64,000 nucleotides of DNA, from positions 94,736,001 through 94,800,000 of the forward strand of contig OZ024744.1 in the NCBI GenBank assembly GCA_964016885.1. Reading direction: 5' to 3'. Below are positions 51,708 to 63,354 of the stretch, piece after piece; position 1 is the stretch's first letter, and each line of letters starts with the position of its first letter. Under the pieces are notes generated by a model. The model worked only from the letters and a program-made list of their open reading frames with translations, had not been told where the DNA came from and did not search any database. Source of the stretch: Eledone cirrhosa. Its lineage: Eukaryota. The position numbers and the translations under genes are program-made.

Positions 51708-52213
51708 ACCTGGGACGACTTGATAAATTCTGACCTCACACACTTACACCTCTCCAAGACAATGTCACTGGACCGAGATCTTTGGCGCTACACAGTAATA
51801 GAGAAGACCCGCCTTACCTAAGTACAAAGTGAAACCTACTACAGTCAGTAGGCACCTCTAACAAAATACACCTCCGTCCCACTACCCCACCCCATCCACA
51901 CCACCCCTTTCAATGTAAAGTTATGTTGGTACTACAACATCCAGTCCGAAACAAATGAGGTCGTGTAGGTGTCACGACAAAAAAACACACAGTCCACGCT
52001 GTAATGTGGCCGTGTAGGTAACACAGTAAAAACCTCCCAGTCCCACACTGTAAATGTGGTTGGTGTTAGGAAGGGCATCCAGCCGTAGAAAACCCGCCAG
52101 ACAGTCCTAAGCGAGCAAGACAACCACTCTTGCTTCAAGTGGGAAAACTCCCGTCCAAACCCATGCAAGCGTGGAATATGGACGTTAAACGATGATGATG
52201 ATGATGATGATGA
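51708..52213 (+). mobile_element. RTE 3' end fragment (diverged subfamily)
   Basis: TWDDLINSDLTHLHLSKTMSLDRDLWRY matches the RTE C-terminus TWDEVIKADLTQLHLSKAMTHDRDLWRH; 3' UTR and (GAT)n tail follow. Confidence 0.85.
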
Positions 52214-52473
52214 TATATATAAATGGAAAAAAGGAAATTTCATTTCTCACTCTTAGGACGGCTGATACTTAAATATAAGTATGTGTACGTACATATATAT
52301 ATGTATACAGATGTACAATAGTATGTATATACATACATGCACACATATATATATGTACGTATGGGTTTACCGAACATTTATTATAATGTTCGGTTTGTTT
52401 GTAAACAAACAGCCCAAATTCAGCCGTACAGTGTTCGGCAACCATCGTTGCTCTTTTGTTCAGCACTGACAAA

Positions 52474-52514
52474 GGAACGATGAACTAGTTTCTAGCTTAT
52501 TAGTTGTCATCATC
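52474..52514 (-). ncRNA. Hammerhead ribozyme mirror copy, core mutated (CTGATGA to ATGATGA)
   Basis: Minus strand GTG-ATGATGA-CAACTAATAAGCTA-GAAA-CTAGTT-CATCGT. Confidence 0.6.
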
Positions 52515-53202
52515 ACTGTATACCTTCCTGTCAGTCGATTGAATGTTTGAAAATATATACTTTCCTTATGCATATTAACGGCTGAGCAGCCTAATTTGCA
52601 TATCGAGTGAGTTAGTCAGCCAGGCGCACCGAAAACGATAAATGGAAAAAAAGGAAATTTCATTTCTCACTCTTAGTACAGCTGATACTTAAATATAAGT
52701 ATGTCTGCGTACATACATATATGTATACAGACGTACGGTAGTATGTATATACATACATACATGCACACACATATATATATGTACGTATGGGTTTACCGAA
52801 CATTTATTATAATGTTCGGTTTGTTTGTAACCAAACAGCCCGTACTAAGAATGAGAAATTTAATTTCATTTCTTACTCTTAGTACGGGTTGTTTGTTTAC
52901 AAACAAACTGAACATTATAATAAATGTTCGGTAAACCCATACGTACATATATATATGTGTGTGTATGTATGTATATACATACTACTGTACGTCTGTATAC
53001 ATATATGTATGTACGCAGACATACTTATATTTAAGTATCAGCCGTACTAAGAGTGAGAAATAAAATTTCATTTTTTCCATTTATCGTTCTCGGTACGCCC
53101 GGCCGACTAACTCACTCGATATACAAATTAGGCTGCTCAACCATTAATATGCATAAGGAAAGTATATACTTTCAAACGTTCAATCGACTGACAGGAAGGT
53201 AT

Positions 53203-53245
53203 ACGATGCTGATGACAGCTAATAAGCTAGAAACTAGTTCATCGT
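53203..53245 (+). ncRNA. Minimal type I hammerhead ribozyme with palindromic stem III
   Basis: ACGATG-CTGATGA-c-AGCT aata AGCT-a-GAA-ACTAGT-T^CATCGT: 6-bp stem I, intact core boxes, palindrome ACTAGT, C/A mismatch at the base of stem II. Confidence 0.8.
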
Positions 53246-53452
53246 TCCTTTGTCAGTGTTGAACAAAAGGCCAACGATGGTTGCCGAACACTGTACGGCT
53301 TAATTTGGACTGTTTGTTTACAAACAAACCGAACATTATAATGAATGTTCGGTGAATCCATACGTACATATATATATATATGTGTGCTTGTATGTATGTA
53401 TATACATACTACTGAACGTCTGTATACATATATGTATGCACGTATACATACT

Positions 53453-53544
<92 letters not shown>
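53453..53544. repeat. (TA)n microsatellite
   Basis: Directly visible. Confidence 0.95.
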
Positions 53545-53547
<3 letters not shown>

Positions 53548-53748
53548 GAATATAAAAGAGAGATAACACACAGTTATGAACATATATGTGTTCCAAGTTC
53601 GTCCCTTACAATTGGAACACATATATGTTTATATCTGTGTTTATCTCTCTTTTATATTCAATTATATTACACGGGTCAGAAAAACTTCTTTCTTTGAGCT
53701 ATTTAATTGTAATAGGCTATTTTGAGTTTCTAACTCAATATATACCTA

Positions 53749-53797
<49 letters not shown>

Positions 53798-54159
53798 TAA
53801 AAGGAAAAGAAAATGCTGATAAATTGTTCCCAGTGAAAAATAGTTTAATTAGGAATAAGTAAAAATTAGTAATAAGTATTGGTTAGTATTCAATTTTAGT
53901 TTTAAGTTTTTACCGGTTGCGCATTTCTAATGCTTTTCAAAAATAATTTTGAGATAGAGCGCCCGTGATGTTTGCTCTAATCTGATTAGTTTTGGAAATT
54001 CTACCTGTTTTATGTGAAAAAAGTGGCTGCAGAGGTATTAAAATAAGTTTTGCGCCAATTCGTGTTGCAAAAATTCTTGTGGTCAAAACAATTTTGATTG
54101 GTCGGTAGAGGTCACGTGAATGTTAAAAATTGATTTTGCGCCAAATGTAGGTTTGTTGA

Positions 54160-54198
<39 letters not shown>

Positions 54199-54502
54199 TA
54201 TGTTTTGAAACAGTGAGCGAGTTTGAAATTAGAAATATAAGCTTTCACCGTTATATTTCTAATTATATATATATATTTTGTGTATATATTGGTTGTTTAC
54301 CGACACCTCAGTATGCAGATTGGAGCACTCGACGAAGTGCACAGGTTGGTTTGGTTACTCCGGAGTAATGTAAAATAAAATAATTAAGTCAAATATTTAA
54401 AATTTGGCTTCGTTTATTAAAGGTACACTGCTATATATATATTTCGGGAATGCACCTGGGCCTGTACCTGTGCGTGTGCGTATATATATATATATATAGT
54501 CT

Positions 54503-54543
54503 ATCAAAGTTCTTTCGTCGCACATCTACAACATCACCAGTGG
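54503..54543 (-). ncRNA. Degenerate hammerhead ribozyme (CTGGTGA core)
   Basis: Minus strand CCA-CTGGTGA-T-GTTGTAGATGTGCGAC-GAAA-GAACTT-TGA. Confidence 0.55.
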
Positions 54544-54850
54544 TGCTATTATGTTCCCTCCTATTTTATTGTATTGTATTCATTCTAATGTCTACGCCAT
54601 TCTTATTTTATTTATTTATTTCTTCTTGTCTCCGTCTCTGCTCTGCGCATGCGTTCGCGTGTGTGTATAATGTTTGGTGTGTGTGAGCGTGTTTGGGTGT
54701 ATGTGTTTTTGTTTTTGTATTCTATCTTTGTTTACTAGTGTGTTGATATGTATTTGTTGTTATTGTACTTGTGTATGTATTTATTTATTTATTTATTTAT
54801 ATTTCCCCTAAGTCAGTATTGTTTGTTTGGCTATGTTTATTGTTGTTATT

Positions 54851-54985
54851 CCATTCGTTTTTTTTGTTTAACTTTGGTCTTCTAAGCTCTATTTCATTTG
54901 CTTGTCTGATTTGCCCACCTTGAGTCATTTCTATGTTTATATATTATTTTAATTTCTATGTTGTCTATATTACCGTCATGTCTTT
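54851..54985 (-). pseudogene. PLE GIY-YIG endonuclease C-terminal remnant (copy 1)
   Basis: Hand translation QRHDGNIDNIEIKIIYKHRNDSR / frameshift / QIRQANEIELRRPKLNKKNEW resembles the recalled PLE C-terminal pattern RQI.EA..I....P.LN.K.EW. Confidence 0.6.
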
Positions 54986-55267
54986 GTCTGGCGCGTCCGT
55001 ACAGTTTCGTTTTCAAAATTTTCTTTTATATTTACTATGGAGATATAAATGATACAGAAGCGAAAACCAACCAAACAGTAAGTGTGTTCCGTTATTGTTT
55101 CTGGCAATATTATTATAACAATATGCTCCTCCCCAAGTATGTATATATATGTATATGTGTATATATGTGTGTATGTAGTATATATGTTATATATGTATAT
55201 TTGTATCTGTATGTAAATGTATGTATATATGTATGTATATATATGTATATGTATACGTATATGTATG

Positions 55268-55873
55268 TCAGGTCACCAGTTGGTGCTACTGGTAACATGT
55301 ATCCCAGTACAACCTGTCTCATGGTCGGGTCGTTGGCGACTAAACTGGCAACCTCACCAAGGTTTCTTGGTGAGGAGGGTGACTTTGGACATCCTGCAGG
55401 ACTAAAAACAAAACCTGTCAAAGGGCAAAGAGCTCTTAAGAGTCAATGGCCATCCAAAATCACCGGGAGAGATGGCCCATTAGCCTTTCTCAAGGCAGAA
55501 TTCTAGGAGAAGGAAAATTCTGATATAACACCTGCAACCCTGATGGTATCCAATGATGTTGACTTGTTTTTCTTTTTGGTAAATATCATCTTGGTTAAGA
55601 GAGTGGGGCTGGCTTTGTGCAGTGCCTTTGCTCACTATAAAAGCTTCATGGCACAGGCATTGCTTTATATCTGGAGATCTCTCTGCACTTGTCATCACAT
55701 GGTACCAAGGGCCCAGCACTATGTGTCAGTAATTGTCACAAGTGTAGTGTTTGTACCAGAGTTTTCAAGTCGCTGGCTGGACTAAAAAGTCCCACTCGTT
55801 CAGCGCATCGGTAGGGGTTCTCCTACATGGATATAAAGTAGTGGCCGTACTCGAAAACGAGTTGGAAGCCACC
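55268..55873 (+). mobile_element. ~600-bp interspersed repeat (also 59637-60243 and inverted at 29292-29845)
   Basis: Direct sequence similarity among the three copies; flanked by TATG-rich repeats. Confidence 0.8.
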
Positions 55874-56030
55874 ATATATATGTATAATTATGGGTATGTA
55901 TGTGTATATGTATATATCTATGTATATGTGTATATATATGCATGTAGGTGTATGCGTGCGTGTATATGTTTGTATATGTATGTATATTATATATATATGT
56001 ATATATTATATATATATATGTATAATATAT

Positions 56031-56146
56031 GAGTGTAAATCCCGCCGAGGTTAACTTTGCCTTTCATCCTTACGGGGTCGATAAAATAAAGTACCAGTAA
56101 TACATGGGTAATTGCTACTCTTGTGCCAAAAAGTAGAAACAATTAT
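56031..56146 (+). mobile_element. Truncated tRNA-derived SINE (also 60402-60517)
   Basis: AAATCCCGCCGAGGTTAACTTTGCCTTTCATCCTTACGGGGTCGATAAAATAAAGTACCAG...GTAGAAACAATTAT. Confidence 0.85.
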
Positions 56147-56928
56147 ATATATGTATATTGGTAGAGTTCTCTTAACTCTTTTAACTTCTTTAATTTTTAA
56201 ATTCTTTGATTCTGCGAATCCTTTGGATTTTAGCTCTTAACTTTTGCCAATTCTCTGAATTTTGGAGATAGAAGAATTTTTTCTTAATTCTACAAAAGTA
56301 ACTTTAACAGACAAACTGTAAAAACACACACACAAAACAACCCCACACATATATACGCACACATATTTATGCATACATATACGCACACACTAATATGTGT
56401 GTACTGTTGTATATACACCCTCACACACTCTCTATACACGTGTGTGTGTGTGTGTGTATGTGTGTGTGGGTATGTACATATACCAACCTACCACAGTAGT
56501 CAGCACCTACAGCAGCAGTCAGCTCCTACAACCCCGTACCGCCTTTTGAACTATTGACCACTAGATTAAATAAAACCACCTGGTCTCATTCCATGCCAAC
56601 TTTTCAGAAGGCATGATGGAAGAAATTTTGCTCAAACATTCGTTTTTAATTTTAATTTTGATTTTAAACACTTTTTTTACTACCTTTTTAATTAACTTTT
56701 TTCACTGAATTTGACAAGATGGATTTTAATACATCGAAACCGGTAATTTTTCCATACACTATATATACTCCATAAGAAAATTTTCACAAAAGAATTTTCC
56801 CTCACTTTTTTTAATAACACTATCTTTTAATAAACACTATCTTTCCAATACTGTCACATTGACGAATCAAAAACTAAAAACAGACCCTTAAACATATCTC
56901 CCGTGCTATTTCAAACTCCATCTTTTCT

Positions 56929-57043
<115 letters not shown>

Positions 57044-57599
57044 AAAGAAATATTGTAACAATATGACCCTCCCCAAATATTACTATATATATATATATAT
57101 ATAACTATTATAATGAAATGACAGGAGGCTGGATTTGTGTAAATCCTTGAAAGGTTTATTATACTTGGATTTACACAAATCCAGCCTCCTGTCATTTCAT
57201 TATAATATTTAACTCCGTAATAGCACCACCAACTACAAAAACAAAGACGGTTGAACTGCTTTACGTTGAGTACTCTCTATATTATTGCATTACGATTGAC
57301 CATACGGAATAGACCAGCTCTATACAGTGGTGAACCTCAAACCTGAATAAATATATATATAACTATATATATATATATATATAGTTATAACTGGGGAGGG
57401 TCATATTGTTAGAATGTTTCTCTCAACACACAATTTCATATCGAAAACATTGAAAAACATATATATATATATGACGATGATGGCTCATCATCATCATCAC
57501 CATTTAACGTCCTTCTTCCATGCTAGCATGGGTTATTCATCACACCTACGGCTATCAGGGCCTACATAGAGTTAACCGCCATTCAAGCAGCATCTTTAC

Positions 57600-57896
57600 A
57601 TGCCCACCCATTCTTTTCTTAACCCTTTAAGAAGGACCATGACATCACTTTCAGCTTACATCTGGAGTTTAAAAGACAACCACACCCAATATAGGATACA
57701 TTGGAAGATTCTAGTTGAAGCTAGATCGTATAACGCAAACAAAAGACCATGCGATCTTTGCACCGCTGAAGCCCTGGAAATTCTCTACGCCAATGATCAA
57801 ATCTTAAACAAAACATCTGGCGCAATTTCGGCTTGTAAACACAAATTGTATAAAACTTTCCTGTATTACAGCCCCACATTATACCCGAACGGATAG
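57600..57896 (+). pseudogene. C-terminal fragment of a PLE GIY-YIG endonuclease (Naiad/Chlamys-like)
   Basis: TSLSAYIWSLKD...IHWKIL..A.SY....RPCDLCTAEALEIL...ILNKTSGAISACKH matches the recalled pattern T.LS.YIW.LK...I.W.I...Y....C.LC..EK..I...LNKR.E..S.CRH. No RT nearby. Confidence 0.72.
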
Positions 57897-57989
57897 TACG
57901 GACAATAAGCGGATAATTTACATTTTGATGTGGTAGCTAAGTATATTTTATGTTTATACCATTATTTATTTGCATAGGTAAGTACACAT

Positions 57990-58320
57990 TATCCGTATGT
58001 TTGTGCAGGTATGTATACTTTTTCTTATGTATATATGCATGTATGTGTTTTGGTGTATATATATATATGTGTGTATATATGAATATGTATATGTGTATGT
58101 ATGTGTATATGTATATATATGTATATATGTGTATATATATATATATGTGTGTGTTTGTGTGTGTGTATGTATATGTGTGTATATGTATGTGTGTGTATGT
58201 ATATATATGTTTATGATTATATATGTGTATATGTGTGTATATATAAATATATGTATATATGTGTATGTATGTATGTGAAATATATGTATATGTATGTATG
58301 TCTGTATTTATTTGTATGTA

Positions 58321-58363
<43 letters not shown>

Positions 58364-58635
58364 GTACACATATATATGTATGTGTATTTAGGTGTATATG
58401 CTTGCATGTGCGTGTGTTTATGTGTATATATTTGCGTGTAGGCATACGTTCGTGTGCGCGTGTTTTTGCGTATATGTGTGTATGCGTATATGTATGACGT
58501 GCGTATATGCGTATTCACGTGTATGTACGTATATATGTGTGTATGTATATGTGTATGTGTATGTGTGTGTATATGAGTGCATAAGTATGTATATGTATAC
58601 GTAGGTGTAGGTATGTATGTAAGTATGTGTATATG
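57990..58635. repeat. Complex TA/TG/TATG simple-sequence tract (also 62385-63065)
   Basis: Directly visible; source of the many YICVM-rich spurious ORFs. Confidence 0.9.
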
Positions 58636-58636
58636 A

Positions 58637-59355
58637 CGGATGAATATATTTTGCAAGGTTTTTGATATGAAATCGTGTGTCGAAACAAATATTGTTATAC
58701 TGGGGGAGGGTCATATTGTTGTAATAATATTGCCAGAAATAATAACAGAACACACTCACTGTTTGATTATTTTTCACTTCTGTATCTTTTATATCTCCAT
58801 ATTTAATTTATTTGGTAATCAATGTTTATCATTGATTGACCAACGGTTAAAAATACAGATATAAATATATATATATAGTCGATCAAAGTTCTTTCGTCGC
58901 ACATCTGCAACATCATCAGTGGTACTATTATGTTCCCTCCTATTGTATTGTATTGTAATGTCTACGCCATTCTTATTTTATTTATTTATTTCTTCTTGTC
59001 TCCGTCTCTGCGCATGCGTTTGCGTGTGTGTATAATGTTTTAGGTGTGTGTGTTCGCGTTTGTCTGTATGTGTTTTTGTTTTTGTATTTTATCTTTGTTT
59101 ACTAGTGTGTGTTGATATGTATTTGTTGTTATTGTACTTGTGTATGTATTTATTTATTTATTTATTTATATTTCCCCTAAGTCAGTATTGTTTGTTTGGG
59201 TATGGTTGTTGTTGTTATTCCATTTGTTTTTTCTGTTTAACTTTGGTCTTCTAAGCTCTATTTCATTTGCTTGTCTGATTTACCCACCTTGAGTCATTTC
59301 TATGTTTATATATTATTTTAATTTCTATGTTGTCTATATTACCGTCATGTCTTTG
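58637..59355 (-). mobile_element. PLE pseudo-LTR: ORF 3' end, 3' UTR, HHR, leader, ORF start
   Basis: Minus-strand order: GIY-YIG C-terminal remnant (59355-59219), HHR (58922-58883), then ATG at 58714 giving [22 protein letters not shown]. An equivalent copy lies at ~63070-63790. Confidence 0.7.
58883..58922 (-). ncRNA. Type I hammerhead ribozyme, intact core, weak stem I
   Basis: CCA-CTGATGA-T-GTTGCA gatg TGCGAC-GAA-AG aa CT-T^TGA. Confidence 0.72.
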
Positions 59356-61200
59356 TCTGGCGCGTCCGTACAGTTTCGTTTTCAAAATTTTCTTTTATAT
59401 TTACTATGGAAATATAAAAGATACAGAAGCGAAAACCAACCAAACAGTAAGTGTGTTCCGTTATTGTTTCTGGCAATATTATTATAACAATATGCTCCTC
59501 CCCAAGTATGTATATATATGTATATGTGTATATATGTGTGTATGTAGTATATATGTTATATATGTATATTTGTATGTGTATGTAAATGTATGTATATATG
59601 TATGTATATATATGTATATGTATACGTATATGTATGTCAGGTCACCAGTTGGTGCTACTGGTAACATGTATCCCAGTACAACCTGTCTCATGGTCGGGTC
59701 GTTGGCGACTAAACTGGCAACCCCACCAAGGTTTCTTGGTGAGGAGGGTGACTTTGGACATCCTGCAGGACTAAAAACAAAACCTGTCAAAGGGCAAAGG
59801 AGCTCTTAAGAGACAATGGCCATCCAAAATCACCGGGAGAGATGACCCCTTAGCCTTTGTCAAGGCAGAATTCCAGGAGAAGGAAAACTCTGATATAACA
59901 CCTGCAACCCTGATGGTATCCAATGATGTTGACTTGTTCTTCTTTTTGGTAAATATCATCTTGGTTAAGAGAGTGGGACTGGCTTCGTTCAGTGCCTTTG
60001 CTCACTATAAAAGCTTCATGGCACAGGCATTGCTTTATATCTGGAGACCTCTCTGCACTTGTCATCACATGGTACCAAGGGCCCAGCACTCTGTGTCAGT
60101 AATTGTCACAAGTGTAGTGTTTGTAACAGAATTTTCAAGTCACTAGCTGGACTAAAAAGTCACACTCGTTCAGCGTAACGGTAGGGGTTCTCCTACATGG
60201 ATATAAAGTAGTGGCCGTACTCGAAAACGAGTTGCAGCCACCATATATATGTATGGTTATGTATGTGTATATGTATATATCTATGTATATGTGTATATAT
60301 ATGCGTGTAGGTGTATGCGTGCGTGTATATGTTTGTATATGTATGTATATTATATATATATGTATATATTATATATATATATGTATATTATATATATATA
60401 TGAGTGTAAATCCCGCCGAGGTTAACTTTGCCTTTCATCCTTACGGGGTCGATAAAATAAAGTACCAGTAATACATGGGTAATTGCTACTCTTGTGCCAA
60501 AAAGTAGAAACAATTATATATATGTATATTGGTAGAGTTCTCTTAACTCTTTTAACTTCTTTAATTTTTAAATTCTTTGATTCTGCGAATCCTTTGGATT
60601 TTAGCTCTTAACTTTTGCCAATTCTCTGAATTTTGGAGATAGAAGAATTTTTTCTTAATTCTACAAAAGTAACTTTAACGGATAAACTGTAAAAGCACAC
60701 ACACAATTTTCGTAATTTTGTAGAAAAAAATGTTACTTAATTCCCTCTGTGTATATATTTATTTTTTTACTCATTCATTTTTATATATACATGCACTGTG
60801 TCTCGTTTTTTGGAAAGACTTTTTAAGATCTTCTAAAAATTTCTTCTAAAGAATGATTTTTTGGAGAGAAAGACTTCTTAAGGTTTCTTTTGAAAGGTAA
60901 TTTTTCAAAATTTTTGGAAGAGTTCTCTTGACTCTCTTAACTTCTTTAATCTTTAATTTTAAATTTTTAAATTTTTGGACTCTGGGAATCCTTTAGTTTT
61001 CAGCTCTTAACTTTTGCCAATCTTCTGAATTTTGAAGAACTTATTCTCAATTCTACAAAAGTAACTTTAACAGACAAACTGTAAAAACGCACACACACAA
61101 CAACCCCACACATATATACGCACACATATTTATGCATACATATACGCACACACTCACATGTGTGTACTGTTGTATATACACCCTCACACTCTCTCTATAT

Positions 61201-61202
<2 letters not shown>

Positions 61203-61277
<75 letters not shown>
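61203..61277. repeat. (GT)n microsatellite
   Basis: Directly visible; much shorter in the first unit (56440-56468). Confidence 0.95.
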
Positions 61278-61284
<7 letters not shown>

Positions 61285-61984
61285 GGTATGTACACATACC
61301 AACCTACCACAGTAGTCAGCACCTAAGGCAGCAGTCAGCTCCTACAACCCCGTACCCCATTTTGAACTATTGACCACTAGATTAAATAAAACAACTTGGT
61401 CTCATTCCATGCCAACTTTTCAAAAGGCATGATGGAAGAAATTTTGCTCAAACATTCGTTTTTAATTTTAATTTTGATTTTAAACACTTTTATTACTACC
61501 TTTTTAATTAACTTTTTTCACTGAATTTGACAAGATGGATTTTAAAACATCGAAACCGGTAATTTTTCCATACACTATATATACTCCATAAAATATTTTT
61601 CACAAAAGAATTTTCCCTCACTTTTTTTAATAACACTATCTTTTAATAAACACTATCTTTTCAATACTGTCACATTGACGAATCAAAAACTAAAAACAGA
61701 CCCTTAAACATATCTCCCGTGCTATTTCCAACTCCATCTCCCCCCGCCCCTTTCTCTCTCTCTCTCTCTCTAGATATATATATTAAAAGAAATATTGTTA
61801 CAATATTTCTTTCAATACACAATTTCATATCGAAAACATTGAAAAACAAATATATATATATGACGATGATGATCATCATCATCACCGTTTAACGTCCTTC
61901 TTCCATGCTAGCACGGGTTATTCATCACACCTACGTCTACCAGGGCCTACATAGAGTTAACCGCCATTCAAGCAGCATCTTTAC

Positions 61985-62281
61985 ATGCCCACCCATTCTT
62001 TTCTTAACCCTTTAAGAAGGAACATGACATCACTTTCAGCTTACATCTGGAGTTTAAAAGACAACCACACCCAATATAGGATACATTGGAAGATCCTAGT
62101 TGAAGCTAGATCGTATAACGCAAACAAAAGACCATGCGATTTTTGCACCGCTGAAGCCCTGGAAATTCTCTACGCCAATGATCAAATTTTAAACAAAACA
62201 TCTGGCGCAATTTCGGCTTGTAAACACAAATTGTATAAAACTTTCCTGTATTACAGCCCCACATTATACTCTAACGGATAG
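61985..62281 (+). pseudogene. Second copy of the Naiad/Chlamys-like GIY-YIG C-terminal fragment
   Basis: 98-aa ORF differing from 57600-57896 at 3 residues. Confidence 0.72.
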
Positions 62282-62504
62282 TACGGACAATACGCGGATA
62301 ATCTACATTTTGATGTGGTAGCTAAGTATATTTTATGTTTATACCATTATTTATTTGCATAGGTAAGTACACATTATCCGTATGTTTGTGCAGGTATGTA
62401 TACTTTTTCTTATGTATATATGCATGTATGTGTTTTGGGGTGTATATATATATGTGTATATATGTATATGTATATATGTATGTGTATGTATGTGTATATG
62501 TATA

Positions 62505-62543
<39 letters not shown>

Positions 62544-62752
62544 TTGTGTGTGTGTATGTATATGTGTGTATATGTATCTGTGTGTATGTATATATGTGTA
62601 TATGATTATATATGTGTATATGTATATGTGTTTATATAAATATATGTATATATGTGTATGTATGTATGTGTTTATGTATGTGTATATGTATCTATGTATA
62701 TATGTATATGTATGTATGTATGTATGTCTGTATTTATGTGTATGTATGTGTG

Positions 62753-62813
<61 letters not shown>

Positions 62814-63314
62814 CACATATATATGTATGTGTATTTAGGTGTATATGCTTGCGTGTGTATATGTGTATATATTTGCGTGTAGCTATACGTACGTGTGCGC
62901 GTGTTTTTGCGTATATGTGTGTATGTGTATATATATGGCGTGCGTATACGCGTCTGCACGTGTATATACGTATATATGTGTATATATATATATGTGTGTG
63001 TGTATATCTGTATGTATATGAGTGCATATGTATGTATACGCGTATGTATATATTTATGTATGTATGACGGCGATGAATTTATTTTGCAAGGTTTTTGACA
63101 TGAAATCGTGTGTCGAAACAAATATTGTTATACTGGGGGAGGGTCATATTGTTGTAACAATATTGCCAGAAATAATAACAGAACACACTCACTGTTTGGT
63201 TGGTTTTCACTTCTGTATCGTTTATATCTCCATATTTAATTTATTTGGTAATCAATGTTTATCATTGATTGACCAACGGTTAAAAATACAGATATAAATA
63301 TATATATATAGTCT

Positions 63315-63354
63315 ATTAAAGTTCTTTCGTCGCTCATCTGCAACATCATCAGTG
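63315..63354 (-). ncRNA. Hammerhead ribozyme copy 3, intact core boxes, stem I disrupted
   Basis: CCA-CTGATGA-T-GTTGC agatga GCGAC-GAAA-GAACTT-TAAT. Confidence 0.6.

Larger units (their letters stand above)
52219..53456. mobile_element. ~419-bp HHR-containing monomer in tandem and inverted arrangement (retrozyme/PLE-like)
   Basis: ATAAATGGAAAAAAGGAAATTTCATTTCTCACTCTTAG at 52219 and 52638; the block is mirrored about ~52863 with ~585-bp arms. Confidence 0.82.

Noticed and set aside
59444-59495. Penelope-type 5' UTR intron (CA|GTAAGT donor)
   Set aside because: A donor-like motif is present but there is no AG acceptor before the ATG.
57937-63121. Long YIHT/YICVM-rich ORFs
   Set aside because: Translations of TA/TG simple repeats.
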